In this document: in pieces, positions 13,111 to 27,432 of the stretch | Numbering within the stretch: position 1 is the first letter of the stretch | How the letters are laid out: the number at the start of each line of letters is the position of its first letter | Source: the human T2T-CHM13v2.0 reference genome, Homo sapiens | Assembly: GCF_009914755.1 (NCBI RefSeq) | Contig: NC_060931.1 | DNA: 64,000 nt | Strand: one strand, 5' to 3' | Translations under genes and position numbers: made by a program | The notes under the pieces: generated by a model | Seen by the model: only the letters and a program-made list of their open reading frames with translations | The model's database searches: none | Told to the model about the DNA's origin: nothing

Positions 13111-16100
13111 TTTTAGTCACTTTTGAAACCTTTACTTGGGCTTATCATTTTTCTCTGTTTTGGTTTTGTGCTACCTTCCTTTTACAGAGTAGCTTTTAAT
13201 TTAGTTGAATGATATGATAGCCATTTCTATTTCCTGTTTCTAAATTTTTAGTAAAATAATATTAAATACATTGACTATTAGTTTTTGTTGTCATAAATGT
13301 AATTTTTGGGATTGCACAGAGGACACTTTCACACACTAATGATTTTCCAGTCCTCATTCATGATTCCATAAAGCAAAATTAGTTTCATAAAAACAATTCA
13401 AAATGCTGAATTGTAGAGTAAATCACATGGATGGTAACTGACAAAGGATGTTAATAATGCTGTGCTAAATTAGAGGCAAATTAAAAGTCCATTTTGGACA
13501 CACGTTGTTTTTGGGTCCTGTTTTTGTTTCACAAGCTTTTGCTCATCATCATTTTCAATCACTGTCCTTTTCAATTTTATTGGAAGAGATACCACATATG
13601 AAATTAAGGTTCTATGTAGTTTATCCTCATTCAAGTTTGGTTTTTAAATGATTTTAATTGTTTTTTTTCACATCTTTTGGGTAATACCAACATATACAAT
13701 AGATTAAAGAGTCCTATTCTTTTGCTTATCCTGCAGCAAATTCACCCCCTCTTAGGACCCATCTTTGCCTGAAGTACCCTTCAGCCTAAGAGAACCCTGG
13801 ATGGAAACTTGTTTTAATTGAATCTGTCATGGTCCCCTATTCGATGGTTTCCTCTCTGTGCACACACTCTCATGTTAGTCTTCTAATAAAATATTTTGCC
13901 TATTCACCCCTTAGATTTGGGCTATTACTGCTTTGATATGTATTTTCACAATTTTCACATACATTTAAAACTTCAGTATCTAGCATTTTGAGGAAGATCT
14001 CTGTTGACCTAAGTACATTAATGTTGCTCCAGCTGGTCTCCCTGTCATTCTTCTTTGGTGGCTTTGTTGACAAAAGCCCCGTGAGGTAGGGTTATTTTTT
14101 TTCCCTTCCCAGAAACACTGTGTCAATAAGTAACTATCCAGTAACATTAAACAAACCCTAGAAAAATCCAATTTATGTATTTTCATTACCCTTATCCCTA
14201 TTGATTCTGGTTTTCAGATTAAGAATTGCAGGATCTCAGCAATATCACAGTGAGACTGAAGAGCAGTAGTGTTGTGCACTTTTGTTTATGGTAAGCACAT
14301 GGAAACTATTGAGGAACTGGCCAGGATGAGATAGTTTTTACAAACTAGCCAGGTATGTTCCCATAAATTCCATTCCAGTCGACAGTATTTCCAGGGGAAA
14401 CAGGCTATTTCCTCTGCTATCCTGGAAAACTTTGGAAAGTTTAGATAATCCATAGAACTGGTTATTCTTTGTAGTCTGGGATGGTCTGATACAGAACTCT
14501 GTCTAGGTATTCTTTTGTTTTTAACCACTGAGAGTCTTCCCTTGTCTTTTCTGTGCTTTTCATTACAGCTAAGATTTAAGAGAGATTATCAGTGTTACTG
14601 TTCTGTGAGGTTGCATCTAAAAGTTGTCTTCTCATGAGATAAAAGATACAAGCAAAGTGGGTGTTAGACACCAGAAAATTTTTCCCGTCACAGTAACCAT
14701 TTTTGTATTTAATACTCTGCTGGCTCATGTTCTAGGGAGTTGTAGGAGCAATCTATAGTGGGAATAAACCTGAACCACTGCCTTTTTCATCCATTATTCC
14801 CCTCATCTCTCACCCAACCCTCTTTACCTCTCTTTCCTCTTCTCCTCATTTTTAGTTTCTTGAACTTATCTCCACCTTAATCATCACAGTTTACCTCCAT
14901 AAAAAGGTAAATTGAAAAGCCCGTTATATAGCAAACTCCATAGAACTCCACTTCTCTTCCTCCCTCCCTCTCTCACTCTTTTTAAAAACGTTAAAGATGG
15001 TTTTTATTTCCTCATTTTTTTAATTATCAGATTTTCAAATTTTTTCTTTAATGAATGTATCACTTTGAAATGAGAAAAAAATTTAAATGGACACCCTTTT
15101 GATGAAAATGATAATCAAATAGCATGAAGCTTTCTTTGTCCCCCTTAATGTTTTCAGTATTAAGGTAGACAGGAAGAACTATGTAGAATCAGTATTTTAG
15201 TCATAGGATTCCTCTTTTTCACATTGATCTCTGATCTCTGAATGCAAAGAGCAAATCCAGCCGAAAGTCTATCGTTACTGTTTCTGTTGCATGGAATACT
15301 TTGCATCTTGTATCTCTTCTGTCTTCTTTTTTTCTTTCTTTTTTTTTTTTAAACTTTTATTTTAGATTCAGGAGGTATATGTGCACTTTTGTTAACTGGG
15401 TATATTGTGTCATGCTAAGGTGTGGGGTATGAATGATCTCATCACCCAGGTACTGATCATAGTACCCAATAGTTAATTTTTCAACCCTTGTCTCCCTCTC
15501 TTGCTCTCCCCTCTATTAGTTCCCAGTTTCGCTTGTTGCCATCTTTATGTCCATGATTACCCAGGATTTAGCTCCCACTTATAAGTGAGAATATGCAGTA
15601 TTTGGTTTTCTGTTACTGCATTAGTTTGCTTAGGATGATGGCCTCCAGTTTCATCCTTGTTGCTGTGAAGGACATGATTTCATTCTTTTTTATAGGTGTA
15701 TAGTATTCTATGGTGCATATGTGCCACATTTTTCTCTGTCTAGTCCACTGTTAGTGGACACCTAGGTTGGTTCTGTGTCTTTGCTGTCATTAATAGATTT
15801 GCAGTGAACATGTAAGTGCATGTGTCTTTCTGGTAAAATGATTTGTTTTCTTTTGGATATCTACCCAGTAATGGGATTGCTGGATTGAATGGTACTTCTG
15901 TGTTCTTTGAGAAATCTTTAAACTGCCTGCCACAGTGACTGAACTAATTTGTATGCCCACCAACAGCGTGTAAGCATTCCCTTTTCTCCACAGCCTCACC
16001 AGCATCTGTTGTTTTGACTTTTTAATAATAGCCATACTGATTGGTGTGAAATAATATCTCATTGAGGTTTTGATTTGCATTTCCCTGGTGATTAGTGATA

Positions 16101-16369
16101 TGGAGCATTTTTTAATATGTTTGTTGGCTGCTTGTATGCCCTCTATTGAGAAGTGCTGTTTATGTCTTTTGCCCATTTTTAAATTGGGTTATTTGTTTTT
16201 CACTTGTTCAGTTGTTTAAGTTCTTTGTAGATTCTGGGTATTCGACTTTTGTCAGATGCATAGTTTGCAAATATTTTCTCCCATTCTGTAGCTTGTCTGT
16301 TTACTCTGTTGATAATTTATTTTGCTGTGCAGAATCTCTTTAGTTTAATTAGGTCCCACTCATCAATTT

Positions 16370-16766
<397 letters not shown>

Positions 16767-16993
16767 TGAATGGTGTTTCCTAGGTTTTCGTCTATGATTC
16801 TTATAGTTTGAGGTCTTACGTTTAAATCTTTAATCCATCTGGAGTTAAATTTTTATATACAGTGAAAGCTAGGGGTCCAGTTGCATTCTTCTGAGCATGA
16901 CTAGTTAGCTATCCTAGCACTATTTATTGCATAGGGAGTCCTTTCTCCATTGCTTATTTTTGTCAATTTTGTCAAAGATTAGATGTCTGTAGG

Positions 16994-19270
16994 TGATAGA
17001 GTTTGGCTGTGTCCCCACCCAAATCTCATCTTGAATTGTAAGTCCCACAGTTCCCACATGTTGTGGGAGGAACCTGGTGGGAGGTGATTGAATTTTGGGG
17101 GTGGAGGCATTCCTACATTATTCTTGTGATAGTGAATGAACCTCATGAGATCTGATGATTTTAAAAAGGAGAGATTCTCTGCACAAGCTCTTCTCTTGTC
17201 TGCCGCCATGTGAGATGTGTCATTCACCTTCTGCCATGAACGTGAGGCCTCCCCACCCACATGGAACTATAAGTCCAATAAACCTTTTTCCTGTATAAAT
17301 TACCCAGTCTCAGGTAGGTGTTTATCAGCAGTTTGAAAACAGACTAATACCCCACAGAAAAAGTGGGGTATTGCTGAAAAGACACCTGAAAATGTGGAAG
17401 CGACTTTGGAACTGGACAACAGGCAGAGGTTGGAACAGTTTGGAGGGCTCAGAAGAAGACAGGAAAATGTGGGAAAATTTGGAACTTCCTAGAGACTTGT
17501 TGAATGGCTTTGACCAAAATGCTGATAGTGATATGAACAATAAGGTCCAGGCTGAGGTGTCCTCAGATGGAGAAGAGGAACTTGTTGGGAACTGGAGCAA
17601 AGGTGATTCTTGTTATGTTTTAGCAAAGAGACTGTTGTCATTTTGCCCCTACCCTAGAGATCTGTGGAACTTTGAACGTGAGAGAGATGATGTAGGATAT
17701 CTGGCATAAGAAATTTCTAAGCAGCAAAGGCTTCAAGAAGTGACTTAGGTGCTGTCAAAGGCACTCAGTTTCAAAAGGGAAACAGAATAAAAGTTTGGAA
17801 AACTTGCAGCCTGACAATGAGATAGAAAAGAAAATCCCATTTCCTGAAGTGAAATTCAAATCAGCTGCAGAAATTTGCACAAGTAATAAGTAGCTGAGTG
17901 TTAATCCCCAAGACAATGGGGGAAAATGTCTCCAGGGCATATCAGAGGTCTTCAGGGCAGCCCCTCCCATCACAGGCTGGGAGGCCTAGAAGGAAAAGTG
18001 GTTTCATGGGCTGGTCCTAGGGTCCCCATGCTGCTTGCACCCTAGGGACTTAGTGCCCTGTTTCCCAGCTGTTCCAGCCTTGGCTGAAAGGGGCCAAGGT
18101 AGCTAGCGCTTGGGCTGTGGCTTCAGAGGATGCAAGCCCCAAGCCTTGGCAGCTTCCATATGGTGTTGAGCCTGCAAGTGCACAAAAGTCAAGAATTGGG
18201 GTTTGAGAACCTTTGCCTAGATTTCAGAGGACGTATGGAAATGCCCAGATGCCCAGGCAGAAGTTTGCTGCAGGGGTGGGGCTCTCATGGAGAATCTCTG
18301 ATAGAGCAGTGTGGAAGGGAAATGTGGGGTCAGAGCCCCCACACAGAATTCCTACTGGGGCACTGCCTAGTGGAGCTATGAGAAGAGGGCCACTGTCCTC
18401 TAGACCTCAGATGGGTACATCCACTGACAGCTTGCACTCTATGCCTGGAAAAGCCACAGACACTTAACACCAGCCCATGAAAGCAGCTGGGAGGGAGGCT
18501 GTACCCTACAGAGCCACAGGGGTGGAGCTTCCCAAAACCACAGGAACCCACCTCTTATATCATGTGACCTGGATGTGAGACATGGAGTCAAAGGAGATCA
18601 TTTTGGAACTTTAAGATTTGACTGCCCTGCTGGATTTGAGACTTGCATGGGGACTGTAGCCTCTTTGTTTTGGCCAGTTTCTTCCATTTGGAACAGCAGT
18701 ATTTAACCAATGCCTGTACCCCCATTATATCAACTATCTAACTTGCTTTTGATTTTACAGGCTCATAGGCAGAAGGGACTTGCCTTGTCTCGGATGAGAT
18801 GTTGAACTGTGGACTTTTGAGTTAATGCTGAAATAAGTTAAGACTATGGGGGACTGTTTGGAAGGTGTAATTGGTTTTGAAATGTCAGGACATGTGATTT
18901 GGCAGGGGCTGGGGCAGAATGATATGGTTTGGCTGTGTCCTCACCCAAATCTCCTCTTGAATTGTAACTCCCACAATTCCCATGTCGTGGGAGGAACCTG
19001 CTAGGAAGTGATTGAATTATGGGAATGGGTCTTTCCTGTGCTGTTGTCGTGACAGTGAATGAGTCTCACGAGATAATGATGGTTTTAAAAAGGGGAGTTT
19101 CCCTGCAGAAGCTGTTCTCTTGTCTGCTGCCATGTGAGATGTGCCTTTCACCTTCCGCCATGATTGTGGGGCCTTCCCAGCCATGTGGAACTGTAAGTCC
19201 AATAAACCTTTTTCCTTTATAAATTACCCAATCTTTGATATGTCTTAATCAGCAGCATGAAAACAGAATG
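16994..19270 (+). mobile_element. Near full-length THE1-type MaLR provirus: LTR 16994-about 17350, internal region, LTR 18920-about 19270
   Basis: Two LTRs starting tgatagagtttggctgtgtcc and tgatatggtttggctgtgtcc, each with aataaa; internal gaaaatgtggaagcgactttggaactgg; purine tract ggggcagaa before the 3' LTR. Confidence 0.93.
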
Positions 19271-20340
19271 GTATGGGGCATTATTTCTGGGTTCTCTATT
19301 CTGTTCCATTGGTTTATATGTCTGTGTTTGTACCAGTAGTATGCTGTTTTGGTTACTGTAGCATTAGAGTATAGTTTGAGGTTGGGCAACGTGATGCCTC
19401 CTGCTTTGTTCTTTTTGCTTACGATTGCTTTGGCTATTTCAGCTCTTTTTAGGTTCTATATGAATTTTAACTTTTTTTTTTTTTTGTCTTTCAGGAGGTA
19501 GGTGCTGGAATCTATCTGAATTTTTAATTTTATATATTTTTTCTAGTTCTATGAAAAATGACATTGGTAGTTTGATAGGACTAGTGTTGAATTTGCAGAT
19601 TGCTTTGGTCAGTATGGCCATTTTGCTGATATTGATTCTTCTAATCCATGAGCATGGAATGTTTTTCCATTTGTTGTTGTCATCTATAATTTCTTTTAGT
19701 AGTGTTTTATAGTTCTTCTTATAGATATCTTTCACTTTCTTGGTTAGATGTATTCCTAGGTATTTCATTTTGTGTGTGTGTTATTGTAAATGGAATTTTG
19801 TTCTTGCTTTAGCTTTCAACATGAGTGGTATTGATGTATAGAAATGCTACTGATTTTTGTGCATTGATTTTGTCTCTTAAAACTTTCCTGAAGTTGTTTA
19901 TCAGTTTCAGAAGCTTTTTGGTGGAGTCTTTAGGGCTTTCTAGGTATAGAATTATATTGTCCATGAAGATAGTTTGACTTCTTCTTTTCTTATTTGGATG
20001 TCTTATTTCTTTCTCTTACCTGATTGCTCTGGCTAGAACTCCCAGTACTATGTTGAATAGGAGTAATGAGAGTGGGCACCCTTATCTTGTTCCAGTTTTT
20101 AAGGGGAATGCTGCCAGATTTCTGCCCATTTGGCCTAATGTTGACTGTGGGTTTATCATAGATTGGTTTTGTTATTTTGAGGTATGTTTCTTTAGTGCCT
20201 AGTTTCTTGAGGTTTTCATCATGAAGCAATATTAGATTTTATCTAAAATTTTTCCCTGTCTGAGAAGATCGTATGGTTTTTGTTTTTAATTATGTTTATG
20301 TGGTGAATCATATTTATTGATTTGTATATGTTGAACCAAC

Positions 20341-21209
20341 TGTCATGGCTTTTGTAGTTCAGTGGTGGGTGAGAAACACACCTAGCAGCTCTTTTCCCCC
20401 ACAGTTTGGTGAGCAGGAGGGAGGATTCCGGTGTTACATGACCCCTTCGGTGCCGCTTCGCCAGCTGGAAATCTCTGCGGCCGATGTCTCTTTGCTCAGG
20501 CTCACTGGGTTCACGCTGCTCACCCGCCCGCTGCAGGCTGCACTTGGCTTGCACCCCAGTCTGGATGCTGCACCCGCCACAGGATCCACACTTAGTCTAT
20601 GGCTGGGCTGGGTGTGCAGCAACCTGCTTCGGTCTTGGGTGCTGGCATCTAGACAAGGGTAATGTGGTGACACCCAGAAACTCAGAGGTGCCAGCAACTG
20701 TTGAGCCCCAAGTGCTGTTACAGCTCTCACCCAGAGAGTCCCAAGGTCTGAGATCCCCAAGAAATGTTATACCTTCTTCGTGTTACAGATCGTTTGCTCC
20801 TGCTGCCTGCAGAGTGGCAAATTCTGGGTTCTTGTGCCATGACCAAGAAGAATTAGATACTCAGACACCAGAGACTGAGTAGGGCAGAGAAGAATTATAT
20901 TGAGCGACAGAAGGAGATCTCTCAGCAGAGAAGGGACCCAAGAGCAGGTAGCCCTCTGTGAGGCTGAGTCCAGGATTTTTATGGGCTAATAATAGGAAAG
21001 TGCATGCTGATTGGTCCATGGGCCTGCCTGGAAAAAGCACCATTCAATTGGTTAAAAGGCATCAAGGAAGTTCTCATTCCAGTCACGGGCTCTATGGACT
21101 GGTAGCTCAGTTTTCAGTCTTTAAACTGTCTTTGGCTTGTAGGTCGGGTTTCACCAGGGACCTGTCCCTGTCTGCCTAGGAATTTGTCTGCCTCCTTATG
21201 CTGTCATTC
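20341..21209 (-). mobile_element. ERV1 solo LTR (LTR27/LTR28/MER52-related group)
   Basis: TG...CA bounded GC-rich segment; shares agtgcatgctgattggtccatgggc and ggaaaaagcacca with the 43.8-45.5 kb element. Confidence 0.75.
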
Positions 21210-21341
21210 ATAGCAAATAAGTAGCAGAGCCTGCCTGTATACCTAGGATATCTGACTCTAGTGCTTATACTTAAATAATATATTACTTTATATAATGTCA
21301 TTAGTTTTTATAATAGACTTTAAGGATATATTATGCAGTCG

Positions 21342-21344
<3 letters not shown>

Positions 21345-21371
<27 letters not shown>
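21345..21371. repeat. (TA)n microsatellite
   Basis: Read directly from the sequence. Confidence 0.95.
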
Positions 21372-21376
<5 letters not shown>

Positions 21377-21466
21377 TCATTTATATATTGTTTTACGAGT
21401 ATGTTGTTTCAAGATATTGGTGAGGTAAGCATTTTTACATAAAAATTATTGTTCATCATTCTTTGA

Positions 21467-21811
<345 letters not shown>

Positions 21812-21845
21812 CTAGGTGCATTAAATTTTAAATGCTTTAAAAACA

Positions 21846-22563
<718 letters not shown>

Positions 22564-24137
22564 TATGTTAGACTCTTGATAAGTATTCAAACACATTTGT
22601 GAGTGGAATGATTCCAGTTTCAGGAACCAATTTTTTTTCTTGGCAAATTTCCTTATAACTTTAGTTTTTAATGTTTGTTCTATTACTTTTCCTAAAGGCA
22701 ATTTTCAATAATCTCTAGTCTTTGTGAGGGTCATATTGCCATTTACTTTTTTTAAAAAACAGTATTATACGTTAGGGCTGATGACTTTCGTTATTTGGAA
22801 AAACACTGTGACTTCTGAATCCATCTATTCTCAGTCTTCTTGTTGCTCTCATTTTGTTTTATCTTCACTTTAAAGAGTCAGCAGCCCCTCCTCTTAACAT
22901 CAACCTATTTTATTCATACCTTTCTTAGCACACTTATAGTGTTTTTTATAGCTTATCACACTCCTGTGTCTCTAATGCCTGCAACACATATCCTGTATAT
23001 GCATATACACATATTTACATGTATGTGTACATGTGCGTATTTGTGTATGTGTATGGTATCCTTAAACAGAGATCATGTCTTATTTAAATTTGTATCCCAG
23101 TAACTCTCTGTCCTTTTGCTATAGTCAGGATCAAATTACTTTTGCTAAATTACTAACTGGATTATTCAACCAAACCAATGAAGCAAGCATATTATTTTCC
23201 CTATTTATATTTTTCCAGCATTTTTGCTATCTTTCTTCTGATTAGATTACTTAGTCCCTTCAGTTGTACTTATTTCATTGCATTTTATCAGAATTGACAG
23301 GATGCTTATTTTCAGACATTTTTTGATCTAGTTTGTTCTTTCTTTATTTTTGCCCATTAAGGCAATTATCACCTTAGTTTTCGTTCACTTCTGATCATTC
23401 TATCTATTGATATTGTACAAACCTGTATTTTGCTTTTATTTTTTTCTTCCCAGTAAATACTAGCTCTGTACATATTTGATTTTTAAAACTTGTTTTCAAA
23501 GTTTTTTTATAATCTATTATTTAGTATTCCTCTTACTCACTCTTAATTTTTTGCCCTTTAAAAAAATATTTGCCTTCTCAAGTGCTCTTGCCTTATTAAA
23601 GTTGCATTATTAATCCTTTCACTTCATGAAAGTATGTGACAGTGATTATCTTTCTGTTTGAGAGATTAAGCTTTCAGCTTTACTTTTTTTTTTTTTTTTT
23701 TTTTTTTTGCTGGAAAGCCACCTCTGTTCATCCTTCAAATGCCATGGCTCAACTTTAATTTGGCTTTCAAAATACAAAGTATATTATAAATTAAATATTT
23801 GAAAGATAAAGAATTTCTTCTTGCCTTTATCTTCCGTATACGTCCCTAAGTCCACCAACTTGTAGTGCCATGAAAGTTGCTTGGCAGGATTGCCATTTGT
23901 AGTCATTTGTCACTCAGAAACATTGATGATTATTGCTATCAAAGAATATATTGAGTACTTGTTAATTCCATAGCATTCTATTTTATTTTATGCATAAGTT
24001 AAAAAGAAATAAAAGGCATAATTTCATGCTTTAAGGTAGTCTAGAATCAACTTATAACACAAAGTCTCTGCTCCTAACACATCTTTACACAACATAATAA
24101 CTTTTATAAAGCAATACAACTAAATATTAAATTATGT

Positions 24138-24280
24138 GGTTGGGCACAGTGACATGCACCTATAGTCTCAGCTACCAGGGAGGCCAAGGTGGGAGGATTA
24201 CTTGATCCCAGGAGTTTGAGACCAGCCTTGGCAACATATCAAGACCTTATTTCAAAATTAAAATCATAAATAAATAAAAT
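24138..24280 (+). mobile_element. FLAM monomer
   Basis: ggttgggcacagtgacatgcacctatagtctcagc...gagaccagcc, A-rich tail. Confidence 0.85.
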
Positions 24281-24908
24281 GATGCAAGTCGTATATAAAC
24301 ATGCACAAAGATATAAAGTTAAAAATGGTATTAAGGTCATGTAACATTTAGTCAGGAAAGATGTTTTCTAGATAGTCTGAGAAAATAACATTTTAAATGA
24401 TGATTGGCTAGGAGAATATGTGATTGTGGGAAAGAGAATGGCATATACATAATGATGGAGAACTCAGCAGGATATTTGCTTCTTTTAAGTCTCATTAACA
24501 AGTGTGTATCAGAAATACTTTCCTAATATTTGACATCCTAACTTTTGTTCCATCCAGAAAATAAAACCACAAATAAAAGGAATTCTTTCTTTTCCTAAAA
24601 TGTCTTAATAAGATTAGGAAAACATATTTATTGCTCTGGGTTTAGCTATAAGACCCAAGAAGTTTGCACTCTGTCTGCTTAAAGAGACCTTATACATCAA
24701 GAAATACCACACAATATCTGGTAATATGTAATGTAAGTTTGAGGTATTCAGTGATATAGAAGAGGTTCAAAGGTTGGAAAAGATCATAAGCTTGGATAGG
24801 CAGGTGACTTCAAAGAGAAGTTATTTGAGCTGGACCTTCAAGAAAAGGCTTTTGAAAGGGTAGAGAAAGGACTTATGGGCAAAGTTTCATAAAAGATGCA
24901 AGTCTTTT

Positions 24909-25263
24909 TTTTTAATGTATCTTTTTATAATACTTTAAGTTCTAGGGTACATGTGCACAGCATGCAGGTTTGTTACATATGTATACGTGTGCCATGTTGG
25001 TGTGCTGCACCCATTAACTCATCATTTACATTAGGTATATCTCCTAATGCTATCCCTCCCCCCTCCCCCAACCCCACAAGAGACTCTGGTATGTGATATT
25101 CCCCTTCCTGTGTCCAAGTGTTCTCATTGTTCAGTTCCCACCTATGAGTAAGAACATGGGGTGTTTGGTTTTTTGTCCTTGCGATAGTTTGCTGAGAATG
25201 ATGGTTTCCAGCTTCATCCATGTCCCTACAAAGGACATGAACTCAAAAAAAAAAAAAAAAAAA
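24909..25263 (-). mobile_element. Short young L1PA 3' end with an extra 5' homopolymer and an 18-bp TSD
   Basis: Antisense L1PA 3' UTR (tactttaagttctagggtacatgtgcac...aaggacatgaactc), then an A run, flanked by AAAAGATGCAAGTCTTTT at 24891-24908 and 25264-25281. Confidence 0.93.
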
Positions 25264-25419
25264 AAAAGATGCAAGTCTTTTCAGAGTGTGGCTTGCCTTA
25301 AAGCTTTTAGTTAATGTGAGGATGTTGCTGGAAAAAAATCAAGTCCTGTTGAAATGAAATTAAGGGTTGATGGCAGTAGGATATTTGGCAGGTAAATAAA
25401 TGGAAACATACATGATGTT

Positions 25420-26919
<1,500 letters not shown>

Positions 26920-27287
26920 TATATTAGTCCATTCTCACACTGCTATGAAGAAATACCCAAGGCTGGGTAATTGATAAATGAAAGCGGTTTAATTGACTCA
27001 CAGTTCAGCATGGCTGGGGAGGCCTCAGGAAACTTATAGTCATGGCAGAAGGCACCTCCTCACAGGGCAGCAGGAGAGAGAATGAGTGCAGAGCGAAGGG
27101 GGAAGCCCTATACTTATAAAACCACCTGATCTCATGAGAACTTCCTCACTATCACGAGAACAGTATGGAGGAAAACCAGCCCCATGATTCAATTACCTCC
27201 TATCGGGTCCCTCCCACAACATGTGAGGATTATGAGATTACAATTTAAGATGAGATTAGGGTGGGGACACAAAGCCAAACCATATCA
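26920..27287 (-). mobile_element. Solo MaLR LTR (MSTA/THE1D-like)
   Basis: tatattagtccattctcacactgctat...aaaccatatca; perfect 5-bp TSD caact. Confidence 0.92.
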
Positions 27288-27324
27288 CAACTCAAATTTC
27301 TATTTTGTGCTTTTGCCTCATGTC

Positions 27325-27432
27325 TTCTGAATGAGACTTTTGCAGAAGGTGCAACTTCAGGAATCTGTGATTTTCAAAATTGCTTCATGTTATTCTGTTG
27401 CAGTGAGGCAGTTTGGGAACCAGTGCCCTAGA
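27325..27432. mobile_element. MER5A-like fragment
   Basis: caggaatctgtgattttcaa...gtttgggaaccagtgcccta. Confidence 0.5.

Noticed and set aside
17325-18551. ORFs inside the THE1 internal region
   Set aside because: Fragmented MaLR internal ORF remnants with stops.
21403-21430. Strong donor GAG|GTAAGC with a possible 11-nt exon after tttcaag
   Set aside because: Weak acceptor, frameshifting length and no other support; such donors are frequent by chance.
23670-23718. gctttcagc...T25...gctggaaagc imperfect hairpin around a T run
   Set aside because: Short bulged stem that is easily coincidental; not a terminator in a eukaryotic intron.
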